A program made the translations under genes and the position numbers. Shown here in pieces: positions 35,791-47,942 of a DNA stretch of 64,000 bases. The DNA comes from Octopus vulgaris (lineage: Eukaryota), in assembly GCA_951406725.2 (NCBI GenBank), contig OX597839.1, forward strand, positions 35,774,001-35,838,000, in the 5' to 3' direction. The notes below the pieces were generated by a model. The model did not search any database and was not told the origin of the DNA. It saw nothing but the letters and a program-made list of their open reading frames with translations. Every line of letters starts with the position of its first letter. The first letter of the stretch is position 1.

Positions 35791-37686
35791 CGCACATGCG
35801 TATATTCATATCTTCAATCATTTTTTATGTCCATTTTTCCATGCTCGCATGGGTTAGATGAATATGTTATTGAGGCATTCTCCTACAACTGAATACCATT
35901 ATAAACACACCCACATACACACTCACACACACACACACAGAAGGTCGTTCAGAAGCCCCTTTAGCATTTAAGTGATATATATATATATATATAAAATTTT
36001 TATTTTCTATTTTGTTAAAATTCTGTTTTTTATATATATTTTAATACTATCTTTGCTATTTTGTTGTTAACATCTTTTGATATATCTATATATATATATA
36101 TTTCATATGATTTAGAGAAAATGTTATTATCAAAATACAAAAGAATGTTTCATGTTCCTAAAAACGACACAACAGTGTTTTTGTGTTCAGATGTTTGGTC
36201 GTGTCTCCTTCACTTATGTATGTATATTTATAAGTATGATTCCATGCGTATCCGTGTCCGTGTATTTGTCTGTTTACATTTATGACTATGTATGCAAATG
36301 AATTTGCAACCGTGTTGATTTTCCCCGGATGAAAACTATTTTGGTTGATTCTTAGTAATGGTTCTATATGGGGGCAGGTGTTTTCTTAAAAGCGACATCT
36401 TGTAGATTTCTAGCTGCAATAACAGATAAACTAACGCTTCGATATTCATTAACATATTTCTTTAGGTGAGCTGAGATGATTGGTGTAAATAATATATATA
36501 TATATCAGGAGTGGCTGTGTGGTAAGTAGCTTGCTTACCAACCACATGGTTCCGGGTTCAGTCCCACTGCGTGGCACCTTGGGCAAGTGTCTTCTACTAT
36601 AGCCTCGGGCCGACCAATGCCTTGTGAGTGGATTTGGTAGACGGAAACTGAAAGAAGCCCGTCGTTTATATGTATATATATATACGTGTGTGTGTCTGTG
36701 TTTGTCCCCCTGGCATTGCTTGACAACCGATGCTGGTGTGTTTACGTCCCCGTCACTTAGCGGTTCGGCAAAAGAGACCGATAGAATAAGTACTGGGTTT
36801 ACAAAGAATAAGTCCCGGGGTTGATTTGCTCAACTAAAGGTGGTGCTCCAGCATGGCCGCAGTCAAATGACTGAAACAAGTAAAAGAGAGTATTATATAT
36901 ATTATCACCCGAGGAGATACAACTGGATCCCATAATATATGTATTTGTCAGACACAAATATCCTGTTTCATCTTTGGTGCATTACAATGAAACCAAACAT
37001 ATTTCGTCAGACTAACAATTATGAATTTAACATTTATTATTCATTCTCTGATTCTCCTTTGAGTACTCGAAGTGGCCAAACAAAGATTTTTTTTCAGCTT
37101 ATCAGCCCACTGTAACATGTGTTTCTGTGTGTGTGAATGCTTACATTGTATGCTTTGCTTAAAAAGAGGAGAGATACTAAATGCATTGTCTGTATTTTTT
37201 GCTATCAACAAATTTCCTGCTGGTTCTGAACTTGGAAGATGAGTAGAATGGAAACTAGACATCTTTGCATAATATTTATATATGTACGTGTGCATAATAT
37301 GCTTTTCTATATCGATAGATAGATACGTGTATGTATATATGTATGTACATACCCACATTAACAAAAATCACTGTAACTTATATTATAAATAGCAGCAATG
37401 TGTCCTTTCATCTTCGATTAGAGAAAGGACATATTGAGGAGTAATGTAGCTACATATCTTTTATATTCTCTACAAGTTTCAGCCAAGCTGAAAGCACTGC
37501 CATTATATATTATAAAATGCTCTCAAATGCAGTGCTTGTTTTTGTTGATATATATATATAAAAAAACTTAATTTAGCATCTGTACATAGTCGTTTGCTAC
37601 AGCCAGCCTAATAGAGAAAGCTAATTGCAATCAATATTGATGTAAAATCCACCACTGACATTTTCAATATATATATATATATATAT

Positions 37687-37918
37687 ACCGGAGTAAACAC
37701 ATAAATGTGAAACAAGGTGGAAAAAAGAGTACTCAAATACCAGTGGTAGAGTAATATGCTTTATTTTAAGCAGCAGAAAATTCAACAAAATCTGTTACTC
37801 TGAGTTTCTCGTTGCCGTTCATCAGACAGTTTTTGCTGCAAAAACTGTCTGATGAACGGCAACGAGAAACTCAGAGTAACAGATTTTGTTGAATTTTTCT
37901 GCTTAAAATAAAGTATAT
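37687..37918. mobile_element. Penelope-like terminal remnant: inverted duplication plus one-sided extension, embedded in (TA)n
   Basis: Arms 37754-37836 and 37838-37918 (inner 60 bp perfect) carry hammerhead motifs; (TA)n on both sides. Confidence 0.55.
37841..37887 (+). ncRNA. Minimal type-I hammerhead ribozyme motif (mirror copy on minus strand at 37787-37833)
   Basis: aaaactgt-CTGATGA-acg GCAA cga-GAAA-ctc a gag-TA-acagatttt. Full catalytic core, stem I, short stem II with GCAA loop, near-palindromic stem III, GUA cleavage triplet. Confidence 0.75.
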
Positions 37919-37922
37919 ATAA

Positions 37923-37969
<47 letters not shown>

Positions 37970-38094
37970 TACAGATATAGGGTAAAGAATTATTAATTTA
38001 ATAATTAATAAATTTTACCAAGTAGCTTCGGTATGGAAAAAAAAACCATTATCGGTAAAAAACTTATACAAAAAGTTTTTTTGTAATTATAAAT

Positions 38095-38220
38095 ATAATT
38101 ATGGGTTTAGCAACAAGTTGCCTCACCACATACCGAAAATTTAGGAATAGCAGTCAAAAATAGCTAATTCTTTTAGTTAAAAAAATTAGTGAGGCAACTT
38201 GTTGCTAAACCCTTAATTAT
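38095..38220. repeat. About 32-bp inverted repeat element next to (TA)n
   Basis: ataattatgggtttagcaacaagttgcctcac ... gtgaggcaacttgttgctaaacccttaattat. Confidence 0.7.
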
Positions 38221-41159
38221 ATATATATATATGGAAATCCTTCACCTCATTATCTGCTTAATCAAAGCTATAGCCAATAATATTTTTATGCTTCACTTCA
38301 TATCTAATTTATTTCCCCCAAACAAATAAGGAAATGAAACATTATTTTCACAATACTCTGCAGACATTGAAACCCTGCAATGAACAGTTCTGAAACCTAC
38401 TGCCACTGCTCAGTGATTAAACTTATTTTCAGCTATAAATGGGTAGCATTTTCCTCTCTATATTTTGTCTACCTGGTCTGTTTATGTGGTTCTCTGTCAG
38501 GTTTTTACCAATTTCATCTGCTTATCTCTGTCTATTTTTGTGCCTGATTCTTCATCTGCTTTCCTTGTCAGCTTTTTTTTTTTCAATATTTTGAATCACA
38601 AGACAAGATGTTTAGTATTTAACAATTCCTGTACAATATCAAAACTTTTATAATCATTCCATCCAAAATGAACATAGAAAGCAAAAAAATAATCTAAATT
38701 TTCAAGTAATATCCATCAGCTGTACAATTATGAATTTTATGGGTCTTTAAGCAGAACATAAACAAAAAAATAAAACAATAAAACTGCCCTTACCACAGAT
38801 TTAAAAACAAAAAATAAACGAACATTTGAAAGATTTCTGTTTCCATAATAAATCATGTAATAAAATTCTGTAGAGAAGGAATTGCCATATCTGAGGGCAT
38901 AAAAGATACCCGAACCTCTTAGATGCACCCCAATTTCAGCAGCATATATTCAAGAAAAGATTTTTTGGTGCATTGAAGTCTACAAGAGGCCCAACTTCAC
39001 ATGTAGGATTGGTGGTATTTTTTTTTTTCAAAGAAAGCGTGTTTTATATTTCATCAAATACGATAAGCTTATAGCAGACTGAATATGGAATCGGTCTTTT
39101 ATTCTTGATTGTAGTAAATATATTTTGCAATCTTTTTACACACACACACACACACAAGAAAAAAATGGAAAAATTATCTAAAGTTTTGTACCTCTGTAAA
39201 ATAATAAATAAATTATGAATATTCATGGTTAAGAGACAGACAAGGGGATTTCCTGTTTGGTATACACAACTAGAATAAATACTCTTCTCTCTCCCTCTTT
39301 CTTCCTCTCCACCCCTCTCTCTTTGGTTTCAATTTATGATTCCCCATTAGACTCGGTTCAGTGACTTCTGTTAATTTAGACGTTCATATTGTATAAGTTA
39401 TTTTTTGCAGTCTGGGGTCAATGGTTTTCCCAGGCCTAATTCCAACAGAGCATATGGAGGACAGCATTATCCAGTGTGTGTACGTGCGTTCTTACATGTG
39501 GCTCTGTGGTAAGAAGTTTGCTTTTGAACCACAGGGTTCCGAGTTCAGTTCCACTGCGTGGCACCTTGGGCAAGTGTCTTCTACTATAGCCTCTGGCCGA
39601 CCAAAACCTTGTGAGTTGATTTGGTAGACAGAAACTGAAAGAAACCTGTTGTGTGTGTGTGTGTGTGTGTGTGTGAGAGCATGTCTGTTTGTCCTCCACT
39701 ACTCCATGACAACCGGTGTTGATGTGTTTATGTCCCTGTAACTTAGTGGTTTGGCAGAAAAAATGCCAGAAGTACCAGTACTGGAGTCAATTCATTCAAT
39801 AAAAATTCGTGAAGGTGGTGCCCCAGCATGGCCACTGTCTAATGACTGAAACAAGTAAAAGATAAAAGATTTGTGGAGATATGTGAATTGTGCTCTTCTG
39901 TTGTTAACCACTCAACCATAAAGCAGAAATGGAACCTTTTTGTTAAATAAGTTGACCCTTTTTATACCAACCTATCTGGGGCTACACTTGGTTCTATGAT
40001 ACAACTGCTTTTGTTTTATAGTCATTTATATTAAAACCCTCCATCAAAATTAATTTCTGTTCCTAACACCAGTTTGATAATTACAAAGCTATTTGACTCA
40101 ATACTTGATAATTTTCCAGACATAATCAAAACATAGGTCATGTGTTTCAACCGAAATATGGTAACGAAAGGGTTGAAGTGTTCGAGAATTAAAACTGACC
40201 AAAATTTCAATATTAATTTATGTTCCAAACACCAGGTTAATTATGAGAGTTAATTTATTAATTGCTTCATTATTTTCAAAATTAACCAAAACATTAAAAA
40301 TATGGTAACAAAAGGATTTAGGCAAGCAGTGTGACATGGCTATTTCTGTGAAATTTTGGGAATTATTCTCGTTTTCTTTTGTAGTATATGATCATTAGTT
40401 CATCAGTTTGAACTCCTTACCATTCTGCTGTTGTTGTACTACATAAGGCATGATTAGTGTGAAATTTAAATTCCTTTCTACTCTAGGCACAAGGCCCATA
40501 ATTTTGGGGGAGGTGGGGCCATCCCGAGAGGATGAAAAGCAAAGTCAACCTTGGCAGAATTTGAACTCAGAACATAAAGACAGATGAAATACTGCTAAGC
40601 ATTTCGCCTGGCAATTTCTTATTTCTTTATTGCCCACAAGGGACTACACATAGAGGAGACAAACAAGGACAGACAAATGGTTTAAGTCAATTTCATCAAC
40701 CCCAGTGTGTAACTGGTACTTAATTTATCGACCCTGAGTGGATGAAAGGCAAAGTCGACCTCGGCGGAATTTGAACTCAGAAGGTAACGGCAGACGAAAT
40801 ACCTCTGAGCAATTTGCCCGGCATACTAACATTTCTGCCAGCTCGCTGCCTTAGTACAAAATTTAAATTAAGAGAGAGATAATCATTGATATAAAACAAA
40901 ATCACAAGAATTACACAAGTGAAACTGTTTAAAGTTTTATTATTGTTGTTGTTGTTGTTGTTGTTAAGGCAGGGAGCTGGCAGAATCATTAGCACGCCAG
41001 GTGAAATGCTTAGTGGTATTTTGTCTGCCACTATGTTCTGAGTTCAAATTCCTCCCAGGTCACCTTTGCCTTTCATCCTTTCGGGGTTGATAAATTAAGT
41101 ATCAGTTGCATACTGGGGTCAATCCAATCAACTGGTCCCTTCCCACAAAATTTCAGGCC

Positions 41160-41872
41160 ATTCGTACAAGTTTGCTCCAAGTCTCACCCAGAGACCTTAA
41201 GAGACAACAAGTTAGAAGTTCAAGTTGGTGTTATGCCTAGGGTGTCATATATTTGGTTTTGTACATAGTATTGTTCTAGAGCTGTGCTTTTCAACCTTTT
41301 TGCTGGAGCGGAACCCCAAGGAAACATTCCACTGGTTCAAGGAACCCCTGTGCAATAATTTAATAGTCTTATGCACACATATCTGCACAGGAGAATTAAA
41401 AATTACTGCCGATTTTAGCAGTTTTGTAACTTCTTGCGTAACCCCTGGGCTGTACTGGCAGAACCCTAGGGTTCTGCGGAACTCTGGTTGAAAACCACTG
41501 TTCTAGAGAAACCATAAGAAAATTATGAGTTTGTTTTAAAATTTGAGATTACATAGTCAGTATTTTACGTAGGATATGGGTAGTTCCCATGAGCACTACC
41601 TTTTGAATTTCTGCCATTCTGGGGTTTCCTGATATCAGCCCCTTTTGCTATCATTCCCAGGGCACCTATGACAACAGGTATTGTTTTAGTCTTGCAGTTC
41701 CACATTTTGCCAATTTCTATTTCAAGATCTTTATACTTGCTCAGTTTTTGGTAGGTCTTGACAGATACGTTTATATCGATTGGGACAGTCATATCAATGA
41801 GGAGGCATGATTTTTGTCTGAAGTCTTTCAATATAATGTCTGGCCTATTTGCATCTATCTTTCTGTCATCTT
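41160..41872 (-). mobile_element. 5'-truncated LINE with a restriction-like endonuclease domain (R4/Dong-like), interrupted by the hAT MITE
   Basis: ANRPDII.KD...CLLIDMTVP...KLSKYKDL...IPVVIGALG motif; abuts a (TAA)n tract. Confidence 0.75.
41282..41500. mobile_element. hAT/Charlie-type MITE
   Basis: 8-bp TSD TTCTAGAG on both sides; imperfect TIR CTGTGCTTTTCAACC / GGTTGAAAACCACTG. Confidence 0.85.
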
Positions 41873-42536
41873 GAATTATTATTATTATTATTATTATTAA
41901 GGTAGTGAGCTGGCAGAATTGTTAGCATGCCAGATTAAATGCTTAAAGGCATTTTTTCCGTTTTTGTGTTCAGAGTTCAAATTCCACCAAGGTCAGCTTC
42001 ATTGGTCATCCTTTTGGGGTGAACAAATTAAGTACCAATTAAGCACTGGGGTCAATGAAATCAACTTGCACCCCTGCCCCCAAATTTCTGGCCTTGGGCC
42101 TACAGTAGAAAGGATTATTATTACTGTTATTAATTCCCAATTTCTCTAAACAAACCTAACCATGAGGATGCGGAAAAAACTGTAGGGAGAACATTCTATG
42201 GGTGAATACCAAACAAGAATCAAAAATGAAAATCTTCCCAGCCATGTCTTATGATTATTCATTAATGTTTGCTAAAATATGTGTGTATATATATATATAT
42301 GCATGTGTGTGTTTTTTTTTTATACACTCACACAAACACAATCTCATAATAATGGTACACATTTGATTTGTAATTTAAAAGATTCGAGATGTTGCCTTTG
42401 TTTGTTGCACTCCTAGTTGCTTGTGCTTAAAACGTGTCCTGTCATTATGAGATGCCCTCTGTGTGTGTATGTATGTATGTATGTATGTATGTATATATAT
42501 GCACACACACACACATGCACATAAGTATACATACAA

Positions 42537-42567
<31 letters not shown>

Positions 42568-43809
42568 CACTGGAAAATAAGTTTTTCCACATAAAGAAAT
42601 GTGTTTCTTGTGAAGTAAATTTACTTAAATTGCATTTTCAACTTTTTTCTCTCACACACACATATATATATATATGTATGTATATATGTATATATATATA
42701 AACATTCCAGTATGCTAGCATAATGATTGCCGTAAATGAGCCACTAAAGAAAAGAAGCACAAAATAATTTTCTCTTCATAAACATATCAGTTCATATTTA
42801 TTTTTCATTTTCCCTTGTTTGTAATCTATTAAGTTTGCTATATTTTAATGAAAATCAAAATCAAAAATGGAATATTTTTTGATTTTTTTTTCTTCTGTGG
42901 AAAAAAGAAATTTAATAAAGAGATGATTTTAATGAAATTCAAAAGGTCGTTACATATTTGTTTTTATTAGAAAATATGATAATGCTTTTTTTTTTGTTTT
43001 GATTTGGTGATTCTTTAGCATTTAAATTGGCCATAACTGGCAGAAATATTCTACCTGTTCTATGCTCAAACCAGCCAGATTTGGGCTCTCTCACCTACCC
43101 TACAGGGTCATTCTAAAGATGTACAATCACATTAGCAAAATTTCAAAGTTATGAGGTAATGCAGGAGTGATTCAAAACAATGTGAATTCATAAGCGTTAT
43201 ATGAGTATGTAATTCCAAAGGATTAAGTAATTTAATAAGAATCAGGATTTGAACTTTGGATTGATTGCCATTTTCACAACATGTCACATCACTAAATCTT
43301 GCTAATGCCAAGTTGGAAAAGATGGCGAGTTGGCAGAAACAATGGCATGCTGGGCGAAATGCTTAGCAGTATTTCGTCTGCCGTTATGTTCTGAGTTCAA
43401 ATTACGCCGAGGTCGTCTTTACCTTTCATCCTTTCGGGGTTGATAAATTAAGTACCAGTTACGCACTGGGATCGATGTAATCTACTTAATCTGTTTGTCC
43501 CCCACCGTATCTAGCCCCTATAGGTGTAGGGGTGGCTGTGTGGTAAGTAGCTTGCTTACCAACCACATGGTTCCGGGTTCAGTCCCACTGCGTGGCTTCT
43601 TGGGCAAGTGTCTTCTACTATAGCCTCGGGTCGACCAAAGCCTTGTGAGTGGATTTGGTAGACGGAAACTGAAAGAAGCCCGTCGTGTATATGTATATAT
43701 ATATATTTATCTCTTTTGTCGAACCGCTAAGTTACGGGGACGTAAATACATAGCATCGGTTGTCAAGCGATGTTGGGGGGGACAAACACACATACACATA
43801 CACACACAC

Positions 43810-43840
<31 letters not shown>

Positions 43841-45369
43841 TATATGTGTGTGTTTGTGTGTCTGTGTTTGTCACCCCAACATCGCTTGACAACCGATGCT
43901 GTGTGTTTACATCCCCGTAACTTAATCGTTCAGCAAAAGACACCGACCGATAGAATAAGCACTAGGCTTACAAAGAATAAGTCCTGGGATCAATTTTGTC
44001 GACTAAAGGCGGTGCTCCAGCATGGCCGCAGTCAAATGACTGAAACAAATAAAAGAATATATATATATATATAATTGATGTAGTTATCTGTATATGTGTG
44101 TGTTCCAGCAAAACATCTTGTGCCATAGCACATCTCTGCAGCTCTACAGATCCTATTAAACCATCAAATCCTTGCCAACATGGAAAACAGACATAAAACA
44201 ATGATGATGATGAAAGTATTTTCTTTGTGTAGTTGTATGTGGTGGTACATTTTGGAAAGTTTGTTGAGTCATGTGAAGATGGTAGCCTTTATAAAAAATA
44301 GATTAAACTTCCTTATTGTACATTGACAGGTGTGGCTGGGAATGTGACTGTGAAATACCTTATGTTTGATGTCACGACCACACTTCAATGAACAGATATA
44401 AAATTTCTTTCTTTATTATTATTATTATTATTATTTTATCAAGTTTTGAAAATTTGTGATCATGTATTGTACATGAAAAAATTTAGGTCCCAAATTGCTG
44501 AAATATTTTGTTATTAAAAGCAACAGGTAGCACAGCAGGCAAAATGCTCTGTCCTTACATTCTGAGATCAAATTCCACTGAGGTCAACTTCGCTTTTTAT
44601 CCTTTCAGGTTTCAATAAAGTAAGTCACAGCTGAGCCCTTGGGTCGATATAATCAATTAGACCTCTCCTCCAAACTTGCTGGCCTTGTGAGACTGATCCC
44701 GGAACCATGTGGTTGGTAAGCAAGCTACTTACCACACAACCACTCCTACGCCTATATGGGTTAGACACAGGGGTGGGGGACAAAGAAGGACAGATAAATG
44801 GATTCTCAAAAGCAACAGCAAGTTCTAGTTTCCCTATGCTTGATAGCTTCATGAAAAGTATTTTGAGTTTGCAATCATACAACGAAAGTTGTGTCGTCAG
44901 TTACTGCAAAAAAATATATCCTTCTATGAAAACAAGATACTCTAAAGCCAACACTAAGCATTTCACACAAAGAATTTCCATGGAAACAACCCAGATGACA
45001 ATAAATATATCGGATCACCTTCAATTAGAATTCTCAAAGTGGTTTTTTTTTTTGTTTTCATTCCCACTTTTGGAAACAAAATGCAGTCTTTCTCCCAGAG
45101 ACTGTATGCGAATGGTAGCATTTTGTTGGTCCAACCCTTTGGCATTCAGATTTCTCTGTCAAATACAATGCTTATTCATTCATGTTGTTCTAAATTTATC
45201 ATGCATTATCTTGTAGCTTTGAGATTTCAGTGATGTGATTGTGTGTGTGTGTGTGTGTAAATAAAGAAAATAAGACAAGGTAGAAAATGTTAAAATTATT
45301 TTAGCATTTTTACCTTGTCTTATTTTCCTTATTCATATCAACTCGTGTGTTACATTTTTACCTTCTACA

Positions 45370-45402
<33 letters not shown>

Positions 45403-47884
45403 TTCCTTGGGCTGGCCAGATTGGAGCAATCTCAAGATTAATCAGCCGAAAATGCACGGATGATCTGGTTCTTGAATTTGAAGGCTTTGAATGTCTCGTC
45501 CGTGTTTTTTGTATCGTCTTCTAAATGTTTTGCATTCTTGTCCCAGTTTGTATTTTATATATATATATATATATATGCACACATGTATCTATGTGTGTGT
45601 GTGTGTGTATGTGTATGTAGAAAACTATGCCAAATCAGACTGGTGCAGCCTTCCAGTGTGCCAGCCCAGTCAAACCATCCAACCCATGCCAGCATGGACA
45701 ACGGACATTAAATGATGATGATGATATATACATATACATATATATATTCATTAATTGAGAGAGAGGTAAACAGTAATAAGTTACAAAAGTGATAGTTATA
45801 ACCATGACCTCTTCCTACTGCTGCCATGTTGACTTGTCATTCACCTGAATGAAACACGAACCCAAAAGTTAATCGTGAATGTTTGTTCAAAATCTGGTTG
45901 TGTTATAGGAAAAAGAGGTCATGTTGACATAACTATGAAGGTGTGTTAGTTCACTAGACTATTGTCAAGGAGTGCTATAAGTATCCTTTTACGTGTTTCA
46001 GTCATTGGATCACGACCATGCTGGGGCACCGCCTTAAACTGTTTGGTCAAACATACCTACCTCCATTACTCTGTTTTTCAATCCTTTAACTCATCATCAT
46101 CATCATTTAGCATCCGCTTTCCATGCTAGCATGAGTTGGACGGTTCAACTGGGGTCTCGGAAACCAGAAGGCTGCACCGGCTAGATGCCCTTCTTAACGC
46201 CAACCGAAATTAAATTTCATGGTTATTTCAATCAGATATCTACCAAGTCCATGTAGCCTCAATAAACTTTGGACACTTCAACAAGAAACACTTCCAAACA
46301 GGACATTCCTCAATAAAAGACAGATTTTGGTATACAAATTACTTTCTGCAGTTGAGTGTAATGAAATTTTGAATGGATATATCAGATCTCTGCAGAACAA
46401 TGGTTAAAATTTGGTACTTGTAACAATAGTGTTTTTTTAACAACTAAGTTAAGGGGAGATAAACACACCAACTCTGGTTGTCAGATGACAGTGAGACGAA
46501 CAGAGACATACTCACATGTCATCATCATCATTCCACATCCTTGTCCTATGTTGACATGGGTTTGATGGTCTAACAGGATCCAACTGGTCTAACGACTGCT
46601 TTCTGCTCTTGTGTCTGCTTTGGCATGGTTTCTATTGTTGGATGCCCTTTCTAATGCCAACCACTTTACAGAGTCCTGGGTACATTTTATGCAACGCCAG
46701 CACTACTGAAGTCACCATGTAGCTTGTAAGATTAAGGTCCTCTTTGACTGAGTGAGTTGAAGGGAACTTGGAATCTTGCAAATTGCATGGGGACCTTATT
46801 GGTGCTGATGTTTAAGTCTATCAAATTCCCTCACAAGGCATTGGTCAGCTTAGGGCTATAGTAGAAGACACTTGCCCAAAGTTCCACACAGTGGGACTGA
46901 ACCTGAAAGCACATGGTCGTAAAGTAGCTTCTGTCAAGTTTTGTGATTTGCTTATTTCGTAAGCACAGTAAGAACAAAGACTGAAGTAATGTTAAATAAA
47001 GTGTCTTGCTCAAGGACCCAACGTGCCACCGGGAATTGAACTCACGACCTTACGATCATGAGCCGAATGCCCCTAACCACTAAGCCATGCGCCTTCACAG
47101 TTGAGCACTGAGGCCAATGTAATCTTCTAGCTCCATCTACCAACATTTCAAGTTTTGTACCTATTGTAGCAATAAAAGAAAACCAAACTCTTCCACTTGT
47201 TCTCAATTTTTTGTTTGAAAATATCTTTGGAATTCCCTAAAAAGCACCATCCGATTGTGGCCTTTGCCAGCCACGCCTGGCCCCCGTGCCAGTGGCAAGT
47301 AAAAAGCACCATCCGACCATGGCCATTTGCCAGCCCCGTCTGGCACCTGTGCCGGTGGCAGATAAAAAGCACCCACTACACTCATGGAGTGGTTGGCGTT
47401 AGGAAGGGCATCCAGCTGTAGAAACATTGCCAGATCAGACTGGAGCCTGGTGCCCAGATCCCCAGTTGAACCGTCCAACCCATGCCAGCATGGAAATGCG
47501 GACGCTAAATGATGATGATGATAATGATGGATATTACATTGCTGAAAAAAATATGTGTTTTATTTTTTTCAAAATATTAATTTCTCGCTTTAATTTTGGT
47601 TTCATAAAACCGATAGAATGCTGATTTAAAAAAGAGACAACACCAAATATCGAAATTATCAGGATGAAAGCAGATTCCTTCTGGAACGAGTCCCTAAAAT
47701 ACAATTTACATTTTAAAGAAGAAAAAAAACCATAGCAACAGATGCTGCATTAAGGGGACGTAACAACGTAACACCATGGGAGCTCTCTAGTGCAATCGGG
47801 TGAAGAGAGAAATTATAGTCGTTGTCCCGATTGCATCAACTTGTGTTCCGTGCAGCATCGAGGATTCCTTGATCAACGATAGTT

Positions 47885-47942
47885 ATGCCGACAATAACTG
47901 TAAATCGAAGTGTATTGTTTGAAGCTCTTGAGAAAACATACA
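47885..47942 (+). CDS. FARSB: FARSB exon 1
   Basis: ATGCCGACA...TACA|gtaagt. Confidence 0.94.

Noticed and set aside
36925-37015. Minus-strand CTGACGA...GAAA with an imperfect stem
   Set aside because: Stems I and III and the NUH triplet cannot be formed consistently
44707-45216. 169-aa plus-strand ORF
   Set aside because: Starts in a SINE and ends in a MITE; the middle has no recognisable domain or splice context
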